Made by a program: the position numbers and the translations under genes. This document shows, piece by piece, positions 32,872 to 42,682 of a DNA stretch of 64,000 nt. The notes under the pieces are model-generated. The model did not search any database and was not told the DNA's origin. It worked only from the letters and a program-made list of their open reading frames with translations. This stretch comes from Nitrosopumilus sp. (GTDB taxonomy: Archaea; Thermoproteota; Nitrososphaeria; Nitrososphaerales; Nitrosopumilaceae): positions 24,660 through 88,659 of the forward strand of contig CBDBCE010000005.1 of the NCBI GenBank assembly GCA_965203315.1. The letters are read 5' to 3'. The first letter of the stretch is position 1, and each line of letters opens with the position of its first letter.

Positions 32872-34577
32872 CATTGCATATGCCTAGAAGCAGATATACA
32901 GATCTCTATGGGCCAACCGTAGGCGATCGAGTACGACTAGCTGACACAGATCTCATAATCGAGATAGAACGAGATCTCTTACGTTATGGTGATGAAGCGG
33001 TATTTGGTGGAGGAAAGAGTATTCGCGATGGACTCGGCCAAGCAAGTGGCATATCTGATGACAAGGGACTGGATCTAGTAATAACAAACGCTCTGGTGCT
33101 TGATCCTATACTAGGTATAGTAAAAGCAGACATTGGCATAAAGAACGGAGTCATAGTCGGTGTAGGGAACGCGGGAAATCCAAACATCATGGATGATATC
33201 GACATGATCATATCGTCAAATACAGAGGTCATTGCAGGTGAACACACTATATGCACGCCAGGTACAATAGACTCTCACATACACTTTATCTCGCCACAAC
33301 AAGCGATTCATGCAATATGTAACGGTACAACTAGTATGATCGGTGGCGGAACAGGCCCGGCAGATGGTACAAACGCCACGACATGTACACCAGGCAGATG
33401 GAATATTCACAGAATGATTGAGGCGGTAAATGACATGCCGCTCAACTTTGGCTTTCTTGCAAAGGGAAATGACTCTCAAGGTGTATCTTTGATGGAACAG
33501 ATCGAGTCTGGAGCATGTGGACTCAAACTACATGAAGACTGGGGGACGACTCCTGCTACCATCGATATGGCGTTACGTATAGCCGATCAAACAGACACAC
33601 AAGTTGCGATACACACAGATACATTGAACGAGTGTGGTTTTGTAGACGATACAATATCAGCTATAAACGGCAGAACCATTCATACATATCATACCGAAGG
33701 TGCAGGTGGTGGACACGCTCCTGATATTCTGAGAATCGCAGCTCATCAGAATGTATTACCATCGTCCACAAACCCGACACGTCCTTTTACTATAAACACG
33801 CTAGACGAACATCTGGATATGATGATGGTGTGTCATCACTTGAATCCTGGTGTACCTGAAGATGTTGCGTTTGCTGAGTCTAGGATTCGCGGAGAGACCA
33901 TTGCTGCTGAGGATGTATTGCACGATATTGGTGTACTCAGTATGATGTCATCCGATAGTCAAGCCATGGGACGTGTAGGTGAGGTAACTACACGAAATTG
34001 GCAGACAGCTGACAAGATGAAAAAGATGACTGGTCCACTTCCACAAGACACAACAAGAAACGACAACTTTAGAGTCAAACGCTACCTGGCCAAGATCACA
34101 ATAAATCCTGCGATAACTCATGGCATATCATCTTATGTGGGTTCACTCCAACCTGGCAAGATAGCAGATATTGTGATGTGGTCACCACAGTTCTTTGGGG
34201 TCAAACCAAAGATGATCATAAAGGGAGGGTTCATTGCATACTCGCTAATGGGTGATCCAAACGCATCTATTCCTACTACTGAGCCTGTGATGTATAGACC
34301 AATGTTTGGCGCACATGGCAAGGCAACTCAATCAACATCAGTCATATTTACATCAAAAGCCGCAATCGAGAAGGGCATCAGATCAGATATTCCGTACAGA
34401 AGACTAGTACCGGTTCAGAACTGTAGAAGTATAGGTAAACATGACATGTTGTACAACGATCAAACTCCAGATATCCAGGTCAATCCCGAGACGTATGAGG
34501 TACGAATAGACGGCAAGATTGCATCGGTTGATCCAGTAGATCGACTATCGATGGCACGACTCTACAATCTCTTTTGA
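32868..34577 (+). CDS. ureC: Urease alpha subunit
   Basis: [38 protein letters not shown]. Confidence 0.98.
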   Translation: MTLHMPRSRYTDLYGPTVGDRVRLADTDLIIEIERDLLRYGDEAVFGGGKSIRDGLGQASGISDDKGLDLVITNALVLDPILGIVKADIGIKNGVIVGVGNAGNPNIMDDIDMIISSNTEVIAGEHTICTPGTIDSHIHFISPQQAIHAICNGTTSMIGGGTGPADGTNATTCTPGRWNIHRMIEAVNDMPLNFGFLAKGNDSQGVSLMEQIESGACGLKLHEDWGTTPATIDMALRIADQTDTQVAIHTDTLNECGFVDDTISAINGRTIHTYHTEGAGGGHAPDILRIAAHQNVLPSSTNPTRPFTINTLDEHLDMMMVCHHLNPGVPEDVAFAESRIRGETIAAEDVLHDIGVLSMMSSDSQAMGRVGEVTTRNWQTADKMKKMTGPLPQDTTRNDNFRVKRYLAKITINPAITHGISSYVGSLQPGKIADIVMWSPQFFGVKPKMIIKGGFIAYSLMGDPNASIPTTEPVMYRPMFGAHGKATQSTSVIFTSKAAIEKGIRSDIPYRRLVPVQNCRSIGKHDMLYNDQTPDIQVNPETYEVRIDGKIASVDPVDRLSMARLYNLF

Positions 34578-34623
34578 TACTAGATCGTCAACACGACACT
34601 GTTCTTGACATGCCTAGAACAAT

Positions 34624-34763
34624 AGACTGTATGCGTATTATTGAGAGTGCCCATGTCAACCATCAAACACGATAACAATGAATCAATTTGTCTCTAGAAA
34701 TAACACGTGCGCTTTACAATGCCTCAAAATATACATGAGACATAAGAAATACGCATACAGTCT
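34624..34763. mobile_element. MITE family B
   Basis: Perfect TIR AGACTGTATGCGTATT / AATACGCATACAGTCT; interior homologous to 30816. Confidence 0.88.
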
Positions 34764-35000
34764 CTGATATCATCTATGTCGATACAAAATGTCCAATGTT
34801 GTACAGATTCCCACTGCCTGGTGTTATGTCGACTTGTCAGATCTAGACTCTAAATGATACATTAAGATATCTGGTATTATATACAGTATGTCGTTATAGG
34901 TGCCTGCTGCGATATACAAATCTGTAGATGTCTACTAAATTGAGTAGATAAAGAATATTGTATCTTTAATTATTAAGTAGAATATTGATTCAGAGAAACT

Positions 35001-36983
35001 GTGTACACGCCAAAGTCTATCCCCTTGATGTCGATGATAATTATAGCCAGTATTGTAATCGTATCGGGATCAATTCCATATGCATCTGCCGCAGGCGAGA
35101 TCTCGCAAGGTTTTGCAATAGGTGAGGCTCTACCTGAGTGGATTGGCTGGGCAGTCGTTGTAGGTCTAGGCGCAGTATTTGCTGTTATCATATCGATTGA
35201 GGTCAAGATCGAAGAAAAGTATCTTGGAGTGAACCAGACCTCTGAGATGTTCAACACTGCAGGAAGAACGATAAAGACTGGTCTCACAGCTGCAGCAATA
35301 GTCTCTGCATGGACGTGGGCTGCTACTCTTTTGCAGTCGTCTACAGTAGCATATCAGTATGGGATCAGCGGTCCGTTTTGGTACGCTGCTGGTGCATCGA
35401 TTCAAGTCTTGCTCTTTGGAATACTGGCGATCGAACTAAAACGCAAAGCACCAAACGCACACACGTTCCTAGAAATCATCCGTGCGAGATTTGGTAGTGG
35501 CTCACACCGAGTATTTTTGGTCTTTGCTCTGATGACAAACATGATCGTTACTGCCATGCTACTGCTAGGAGGATCAGCTGTCGTGAATGGACTCACGGGG
35601 ATGGACATATCACTTGCTGCGTTCCTAATCCCTATTGGCGTCATGATTTATACTTTGGTTGGCGGACTCAAAGCTACGTTTGTTGCTGATTATATGCATA
35701 CTATAATCATCTTTGTTGTAATACTCACATTTGTTGCAGCTGTATACTTGAACTCTGATATCACTGGTGGCGTTCAAGGCATGTATGAGAAACTTGTTGC
35801 AGCTGCAGATATCAGACCGGTAGAAGGCAATGCAGCTGGAGCGTTCCTTACCATGGCATCTATAGGTGGTCTGATGTTTGGTATAATCAATATAGTTGGA
35901 AACTTTGGTACGGTCTTTGTAGATCAGGCATATTGGCAGAGAGCGATTGCGGCTAAACCCTCTTCTACAGTAAAGGGCTTTCTGTTGGGCGGTGCTTGCT
36001 GGTTTGCCATCCCGTTTACACTTGCAACTACTATGGGGCTTACTGCGGTGGCGCTTGATGTAGATCTCACTCCTGAACAAGTACAGCTCGGTCTAGTCGT
36101 TCCAGCAGCTGCAACTGCACTGATGGGTGAGGTTGGTGCAATAATGGTACTGACGATGTTGTTCATGGCAGTGACGTCTGCTGGTTCAGCAGAACTGATC
36201 GCGGTATCGTCGCTGATTACATATGATATCTATCGTACATACAAGAATCCAAACGCTACTGGAAAACAGCTTGTACGTATATCTCGTATAACTATTGTAG
36301 GCTTTGGTTTAGGAATGGGTGGTCTAGCCGTGATACTGTTGTACATGGGTCTCAGTCTGGGCTTTGTATACTTGGCAATGGGAATAATCATAGGAGCTGC
36401 TGTGATTCCAATCGCTCTGACTATACTGTGGCGGCGAACCAACAGAGTTGCCGCAACTTTGGGTGCAATAATAGGTCTGGGCGTAGCGGTATCTACATGG
36501 CTTGCAGTAGCCGCATCTCTACCAGAGTATGGTGGTGAGATCACACTTGCTAGTCTAGGACACAACTATTCCATGCTGTTTGGTAATATTGCAGGAATCT
36601 TGACTGGTGGTGCGATAGCTATCTTTGGTAGTCTTGCAACCAAGACGAACTTTGATTGGAACGATCTACGCAAAAAGATAACTCTTGTAGAGCTCAGCGA
36701 GGCAGAAGCAGCTCAGGTCACCGAGAACGAAGAGACACTAAAGAGAGCATTCAAGTTCAGCCTCAAAGGTGGCGGACTGATGACTCTGATATTGATAATC
36801 GCTTGGCCTATGCCATTGTTCGCATCTGGATACGTATTTGACATAATGTCGTATAGTATCTGGGTCGGCATATCTGTGGTCTGGGTGAGTATTGCATCAT
36901 TCTTTATCATATTCTTGCCGATAATCGAAGCAAGACATGGTATAGCGCAAGTAATAAGTAATAAGAAAACAGAGGTAAACTGA
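35001..36983 (+). CDS. Urea active transporter (DUR3 / sodium:solute symporter family)
   Basis: VSAWTWAATLLQSS, GISGPFWYAAGA, NFGTVFVDQAYWQRAIAA; lies next to urease. Confidence 0.92.
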   Translation: MYTPKSIPLMSMIIIASIVIVSGSIPYASAAGEISQGFAIGEALPEWIGWAVVVGLGAVFAVIISIEVKIEEKYLGVNQTSEMFNTAGRTIKTGLTAAAIVSAWTWAATLLQSSTVAYQYGISGPFWYAAGASIQVLLFGILAIELKRKAPNAHTFLEIIRARFGSGSHRVFLVFALMTNMIVTAMLLLGGSAVVNGLTGMDISLAAFLIPIGVMIYTLVGGLKATFVADYMHTIIIFVVILTFVAAVYLNSDITGGVQGMYEKLVAAADIRPVEGNAAGAFLTMASIGGLMFGIINIVGNFGTVFVDQAYWQRAIAAKPSSTVKGFLLGGACWFAIPFTLATTMGLTAVALDVDLTPEQVQLGLVVPAAATALMGEVGAIMVLTMLFMAVTSAGSAELIAVSSLITYDIYRTYKNPNATGKQLVRISRITIVGFGLGMGGLAVILLYMGLSLGFVYLAMGIIIGAAVIPIALTILWRRTNRVAATLGAIIGLGVAVSTWLAVAASLPEYGGEITLASLGHNYSMLFGNIAGILTGGAIAIFGSLATKTNFDWNDLRKKITLVELSEAEAAQVTENEETLKRAFKFSLKGGGLMTLILIIAWPMPLFASGYVFDIMSYSIWVGISVVWVSIASFFIIFLPIIEARHGIAQVISNKKTEVN

Positions 36984-37486
36984 TGACATCTTGTGCAGGT
37001 TGTAATGCGACACTTGGATGGAAAAAGTACAACTTTCAAAAGCAGTGGCGAATACCTGGATACTTTTGCCGAGACTGCATGACAAAGATCGGTGGCGACT
37101 TTGACGCACACGGTCATGTCACTATGCCCAAACGTCAATGTGACTCTTGCCATGTCGAACTATACTTTTTAGAGTCTGTCTGGCATGAAAAGAAGCAGAA
37201 ACACTGCTGCAAGATATGTAAAGAGACTGGCTTTGTTGAATCGAACTTTGGTGGTCTACCTCCTGTTCCGCCACGTGTTCCTGCAATGATGGCGATATTT
37301 GCTGGATTTGGTATACTCTTGATGATTGCAGGTTTTGCTTATGTTTTATTGGTTGCACCACAACAAGATGCTGGAATACTGCATGTTGTGATCGGTAGTT
37401 GCATGTCTGGAGCTGGATTCATGCTTGCACGCAAGATGGTAAAGGTTAGGAATCTTGTTCTGGGAAGACACAAAATAGCCCAGTGA
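36983..37486 (+). CDS. Hypothetical Zn-finger membrane protein
   Basis: Four CxxC pairs followed by two transmembrane helices. Confidence 0.7.
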   Translation: MTSCAGCNATLGWKKYNFQKQWRIPGYFCRDCMTKIGGDFDAHGHVTMPKRQCDSCHVELYFLESVWHEKKQKHCCKICKETGFVESNFGGLPPVPPRVPAMMAIFAGFGILLMIAGFAYVLLVAPQQDAGILHVVIGSCMSGAGFMLARKMVKVRNLVLGRHKIAQ

Positions 37487-37491
37487 TACAA

Positions 37492-37578
37492 ATGAGGGAT
37501 GATCCTAGATATCGCAAACTAATGTTTGCACTAGTTGGTGTATGCGCTGCTATACTTGTTGTAGTTAATTTGACTTGA
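37492..37578 (+). CDS. Putative 28-aa single-TM small protein
   Basis: MRDDPRYRKLMFALVGVCAAILVVVNLT, starting 5 nt after the upstream stop; below the ORF-track cutoff. Confidence 0.45.
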   Translation: MRDDPRYRKLMFALVGVCAAILVVVNLT

Positions 37579-37854
37579 GTTCATGATGCGTGTAATGTGT
37601 CGTGTTGTAATGTAATGTAATGTAATGGTTCCTAGACATCTAAAGTTTCATGACTTGCGACAAAGCAGATATTCTTAACAGCTGACGCAATGTCAGCACA
37701 TTGGATCAGTTCGATATACATACAAATTCGTAATGTAACACATGAGTGTAGGGTGAATTTGCTAATATCGTGCTCATCTTAAATCTCCGACAGATTGAAC
37801 AAACTTTGTAAAGTTTATTGCTGTCTCCAACTAGTACAATCAAGAATAGCAAAA

Positions 37855-38002
37855 GGTTCTGTTGCGTCTTCGGGAGCCGAAGAAATTCTTTGTAAATTCC
37901 ATATCTTTCTGGTCGATTTCATGTATTTTTAGGCGTTTTTGAGTCCAAATTTACAATATTTCTGTACTGTGTATTACGTGCTCCTAAAGATGCCATAGAA
38001 CC
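37855..38002. mobile_element. IS6-type MITE, family D (148 bp)
   Basis: TIRs GGTTCTGTTGCGTCTTCGGGAGC and GCTCCTAAAGATGCCATAGAACC; perfect 8-bp TSD TAGCAAAA. Confidence 0.85.
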
Positions 38003-38048
38003 TAGCAAAATAAAGGTTAAATACTCTTTGTTCGTATTATGAACAGCA

Positions 38049-38228
38049 ATGTCCCAATATGATGAAGCTATGAAATATTATGACGGTTCACACAATCCGA
38101 GTTCTTATGATGAACATGATGTATATTATAAAGAATATAAATCCAAACTTTTCTCAAATTTAACAAAATCAGATATAGAGAAAATCGATCTAATGATAAA
38201 AAAAATTGATGATGTGCTAGAAAGATGA
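38049..38228 (+). CDS. Hypothetical 59-aa protein coupled to 38225
   Basis: MSQYDEAMKYY...IDDVLER; TTAAATA upstream; ATGA overlap with the next ORF. Confidence 0.6.
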   Translation: MSQYDEAMKYYDGSHNPSSYDEHDVYYKEYKSKLFSNLTKSDIEKIDLMIKKIDDVLER

Positions 38229-38935
38229 GTCTCAAAGATAATGAACAAATCGTTGAATCTATAAACTATTTTAATTCACTACCTGACGAGAGAAAGGTAG
38301 CGATTGTACGTAATCCGAGTAGTTTAGAAGCAGGTGATGCAAAGCTAGGCACTCTTATCTTGGCTATACTTGAAGAGGTCTCAGATCATAACAAGGATGT
38401 TATATCGACAACGTTGCATGAGTTGGGGTTAGACAAAACATTTGCGACTTTGCTTGTTGACAATTTGGCACAAGTACACACAATAAAATACTTGCTAGGT
38501 CGTATCTCTGAGATTAGTGATGATGACTTTAAAATAAAATTTTCTGCACTAGTTAATGATTTGGTAATTGAGCGCAAACCACAAAATGATGTGCTCAAAG
38601 AACATGAAATTACGGCTGACCAAAGAACATTATTTTATGAATTTATTGTAGGTTCTATGAATAATCTGTCTGCTGGTCATATAACAGAAAAGAGACTAGT
38701 CGCTAAATGTAAAGAGTGTAACGTATCTGATTTCAAAACAAATTTAATTATCGAAGAATTTAAAACACATCTTCCATACTGGAGAAGCGTTGAACTTTTT
38801 AGCATTGTACGTCGTTTGAATGCTAGAGTGTCGAGTATAGAAGGTCAGAATGAAGTGATCTTAAAAAGCCTCAAAGATCTGTTAACCATAGTAAAAAGCC
38901 AAACCGACACAGGCAGTTTATCTCATTTTCAATAA
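38225..38935 (+). CDS. Hypothetical helical protein
   Basis: 236-aa ORF with a C-terminal coiled-coil-like segment. Confidence 0.7.
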   Translation: MSLKDNEQIVESINYFNSLPDERKVAIVRNPSSLEAGDAKLGTLILAILEEVSDHNKDVISTTLHELGLDKTFATLLVDNLAQVHTIKYLLGRISEISDDDFKIKFSALVNDLVIERKPQNDVLKEHEITADQRTLFYEFIVGSMNNLSAGHITEKRLVAKCKECNVSDFKTNLIIEEFKTHLPYWRSVELFSIVRRLNARVSSIEGQNEVILKSLKDLLTIVKSQTDTGSLSHFQ

Positions 38936-39032
38936 ACTATTCGTTGTGTGGTAAAAGATTTGATCCCAAGATTGCATTGTTGTGTAATCGGCCTGTCTAT
39001 CTTTATAATGTCTAATACATCACACAGATAGA

Positions 39033-42000
39033 ATGGAGTTTGTAACAAAGTTTGATGCAAAACAGATCGAATCTCAAGTAAAGGCCGCAATAAAACAAGA
39101 TGACATCTTGGCCAAGATTCGTACATCCGATCGTGACAAGATCTGGTTTATAGAAGGACCGCCCACTATGAACGGCACACCACACGCAGGTCATCTCCGT
39201 GGCAGAATAATCAAAGACTTGTGGTATAGATTCACCACGCTTCGTGGTTATATGATAGAGTTTACTGGTGGGTGGGATACACAAGGGCTTCCGGTAGAGC
39301 TGCAGGTAGAGAGGGAACTTGGTATATCTGGTGGCAAGTCTGAGGCGATCGACAAGTTTGGCATAGAGCGAATAGTATCTGAGTGTAAACAGCTTGTAGA
39401 AAAGTACAGCAAGACATGGATCAAAGTAGATCAACTTTTGGGCATATCTCTAGATCACAAGAGATCATACTGGACCTATAAAGACGAGTATATAGAACGA
39501 GAATGGCAGATACTAAAGGCCGCACATCAGAATCAGATTCTAGAGAAAGATTACACCGTAATCGCATACTGCCCAAGCTGTCAAACATCGTTGAGTCATG
39601 CAGAGGTAAATCAAGGATATGAAGAGGTCCAGGACCCATCATTATACTACAAGGTGAAACTCGAAGACGAAGATACATTCTTGGTGGTCTGGACTACCAT
39701 GCCGTTCACTCTAGTTACAGATGCAATGGTGGGCGTACATCCAGAAGAAGATTATGCCTATCTGAATGTACGTGGCGAGACATGGTTGGTAGGCAAGACT
39801 CGGTTAGGCGAGTTCATGGAATACATCAAAGAGCCGTACACTATACAGAGAACTGTCAAGGGTAGTAGTCTGGAAGGCAAGCGATACATCCATCCACTAC
39901 TCGTAGAAATTCCCAAACTCGCCGAGTACTCCAAAGAGCCCAACTTTCATGTTGTGGTGTCTGAAGACTTTGTTGATGCTAGTACTGGTAGCGGGCTAGT
40001 TCATCTATCTCCTGCAAACGGTGAAGAGGACATCAAGATTGCAAAGAGACGACAAGTTCAAGTGTTTAATCCAATAGACGACGAGGTAAAGTTTACTGTA
40101 CATGCAGGCAAGTACGCTGGAATGTTTGTTAGAGACGCAGATGATATGATCGTCAGAGATCTCAAAACAAATGGCTCTCTAGTAAAGATTGGCAAGATAA
40201 AGCACAAGTATCCTCTGTGTTGGAGATCACACCATCCTATTGTCTGGCTTGCTCGTAGTGGTTGGTTTTACAAACTAGACCGACTCGAAGACAAGGCGAT
40301 ATCTGCTGCAGAGTCTGTCGAGTACTTTTTTGATCAACCCAAGAATCGTTTCTTGGGTATAATACGCGAGCGACACCCTTGGTGTATATCGAGAGAACGA
40401 GTCTGGGGATGTCCACTACCTGTCTGGAACTGTACCGCTTGTGGAGAGAAGAGTTGGTTCTTTACTCGAGATGAGCTAGTGAGCGCTGCGTCTAGTCTAC
40501 CTGATGGTAACGACTTTGAATTGCATCGACCATGGATAGATCGAGTAACAGTACACTGCAAGGCATGTAACGGTACAGATACCCATCGTGAAGAGTATGT
40601 TCTAGACACATGGCACAATAGTGGAGCTGCACCATTTGCATCACTAGATGATGCATCATACTCTCAAGGTATTCCGGCACCATTCTTTACTGAAGGAATA
40701 GATCAGACTAGAGGGTGGGCGTACACATTATTGATCGAGAACGTTATACTGAATAACGCCGCAGTACCCCCGTACAGATCATTTCTATTTCAAGGACACG
40801 TACTAGATGAGAATGGTGGCAAGATGTCCAAATCTAAAGGAAACGTACTAGATGGCGTAAATCTCTTGGAAGAGTATCCTGCAGATCTGATACGATTCTA
40901 TTTTATGTGGAAGTCTAGTCCAATAGAGCCACTGAGTTTCAGCATAAAGGAGATGATGTCAAGACCATACCAAGTGATCAGTACTCTGTTCAATCTCCAT
41001 GTCTTCTTTGAACAGAATAGCAAATACGATAAATACAAAGCCACTACAATACAACAAACTAGAGATGATGGTGTACTCGAGTCTGTTGATACCTGGATAC
41101 TATCCAAACTACAGAGACTGATCGATAGAGTTACTATATCTAACAACACATGTAGATTTCACGAATCTGCAAGAGCGATAGAGCAGTTTGTAATTAGAGA
41201 TCTCAGTCAGACATACATCCAGATGACTCGAGGAGATATCTGGGATGAAGATACCAGCAATAGAAGGATAGGAATCTATACCGTATTGGGTACAATACTT
41301 GAGACCATAGATATACTGATACACCCAATATGTCCATTTACTAGTGAGTATCTGCATGCTATATTTGACGATACAAGTATCATGTTGAAGAGATGGCCAG
41401 AGAGTGACTCAAGTCTAGTTGATCAAAAACTTGAAGAGTCGTTTGATATATTGAATACTGTTGTGTCGGTTGCAGCTGCAGCTAGAATGAAGGGCAAGCT
41501 GAAGCGACGATGGCCACTAAACAATGCAGAGATATGCTTGATCAAAGGACAGAAGGCAAGACTCGAGCCACTAGAGTCGATCTTGAACACACAACTAAAC
41601 ATAGAAGAGATACGTATAGTTGAGATGGATTCTGATCAAGGACTCGCAACTCTTACCAGTATGCAAGAGATGGGGCTACCAATAACTCCACATATAGATA
41701 TCCAACGAGGAAAGATTGGACCAAAGGTCAGAGAGCACATGAGCAAGGTCGTTACAAGATTTGAAGAGACTGATCAGAACGATATAGTACAATCGCTTCA
41801 AGAGACTGGTCAATACACATTTGACATATCTGGTAGCACAATCACATTGGACACAGATGACTTTGTTGTAGGATATGCCCCTAAACAAAACTATCAGATG
41901 GCTGAGCGTGATGGCTGTATCGTGTTTATATCTACTACTAGAAACGAGACCATGATGGCAAGAGGTCTGATACGAGATATTGCTAGACGACTCCAATCGC

Positions 42001-42209
42001 TACGAAAGCAGCGCGGGTACAATCCTACTGAGATACTGAGTGTTGGTTCGATACTGGGTTTAGATTCCGAGTCATTACAACTGATAAAGCCTCTAACAGA
42101 TGAACTCGCATTCTTGGTTAGAGTTAAAGAGATAACCTTTGTAGAGTCGTGTACAATGTACACCGACGATGAGCTAGATGGTCAAAAGATTAGATTGTCT
42201 GTTGAATGA
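39033..42209 (+). CDS. ileS: Isoleucyl-tRNA synthetase
   Basis: EGPPT..HAGH, GWDTQGLPVE, WTTMPFTL, EGIDQTRGW, KMSKS. Confidence 0.97.
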   Translation: MEFVTKFDAKQIESQVKAAIKQDDILAKIRTSDRDKIWFIEGPPTMNGTPHAGHLRGRIIKDLWYRFTTLRGYMIEFTGGWDTQGLPVELQVERELGISGGKSEAIDKFGIERIVSECKQLVEKYSKTWIKVDQLLGISLDHKRSYWTYKDEYIEREWQILKAAHQNQILEKDYTVIAYCPSCQTSLSHAEVNQGYEEVQDPSLYYKVKLEDEDTFLVVWTTMPFTLVTDAMVGVHPEEDYAYLNVRGETWLVGKTRLGEFMEYIKEPYTIQRTVKGSSLEGKRYIHPLLVEIPKLAEYSKEPNFHVVVSEDFVDASTGSGLVHLSPANGEEDIKIAKRRQVQVFNPIDDEVKFTVHAGKYAGMFVRDADDMIVRDLKTNGSLVKIGKIKHKYPLCWRSHHPIVWLARSGWFYKLDRLEDKAISAAESVEYFFDQPKNRFLGIIRERHPWCISRERVWGCPLPVWNCTACGEKSWFFTRDELVSAASSLPDGNDFELHRPWIDRVTVHCKACNGTDTHREEYVLDTWHNSGAAPFASLDDASYSQGIPAPFFTEGIDQTRGWAYTLLIENVILNNAAVPPYRSFLFQGHVLDENGGKMSKSKGNVLDGVNLLEEYPADLIRFYFMWKSSPIEPLSFSIKEMMSRPYQVISTLFNLHVFFEQNSKYDKYKATTIQQTRDDGVLESVDTWILSKLQRLIDRVTISNNTCRFHESARAIEQFVIRDLSQTYIQMTRGDIWDEDTSNRRIGIYTVLGTILETIDILIHPICPFTSEYLHAIFDDTSIMLKRWPESDSSLVDQKLEESFDILNTVVSVAAAARMKGKLKRRWPLNNAEICLIKGQKARLEPLESILNTQLNIEEIRIVEMDSDQGLATLTSMQEMGLPITPHIDIQRGKIGPKVREHMSKVVTRFEETDQNDIVQSLQETGQYTFDISGSTITLDTDDFVVGYAPKQNYQMAERDGCIVFISTTRNETMMARGLIRDIARRLQSLRKQRGYNPTEILSVGSILGLDSESLQLIKPLTDELAFLVRVKEITFVESCTMYTDDELDGQKIRLSVE

Positions 42210-42419
42210 TTTCGTACATTTGGATATCTCTCGATGGATCTGTATTACCAAGTTTGATAAATCTACAACGTGATATCAAGTTGTTGACACACTTTTTTCA
42301 ATGAGAATTTATTTTTTGTATTTGCATGTTCTATAAAATATAATTTCTAGATTCCAAAGTTATTGTGATCTTGGGAATTGAGGCATAAAAGATCATAATT
42401 TTGTTACAAAACAGATTAA

Positions 42420-42533
42420 ATCTATTGGAGATCTCGATAGAATAGAATTTTTACAGAAAATATATTGCAAGATTTTATGGGGGGTTTTTAGAAAAAGTTT
42501 AGCAAAATACTATCTACTATAAATCGAAAAGAT
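42420..42533. mobile_element. Degenerate MITE family A remnant
   Basis: Right end TAAATCGAAAAGAT and interior GAAAAAGTTTAGCAAAATA resemble other family A copies; left boundary uncertain. Confidence 0.4.
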
Positions 42534-42539
42534 AATACT

Positions 42540-42680
42540 AGACTGTATGTGTATTATTGAGAGTGCCCATGTCCAACTATCAAACATGACCACAATGAAT
42601 CAATTTGCCTCTAGAAATCACATGTGTGTTTGATTGTGTCTCAAAATATGCACAAGACATAAGAAATACGCATACAATAT
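42540..42680. mobile_element. MITE family B
   Basis: AGACTGTATGTGTATTATTGAGAGTGCCCATGTC...TAAGAAATACGCATACA, third copy. Confidence 0.85.
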
Positions 42681-42682
42681 AT

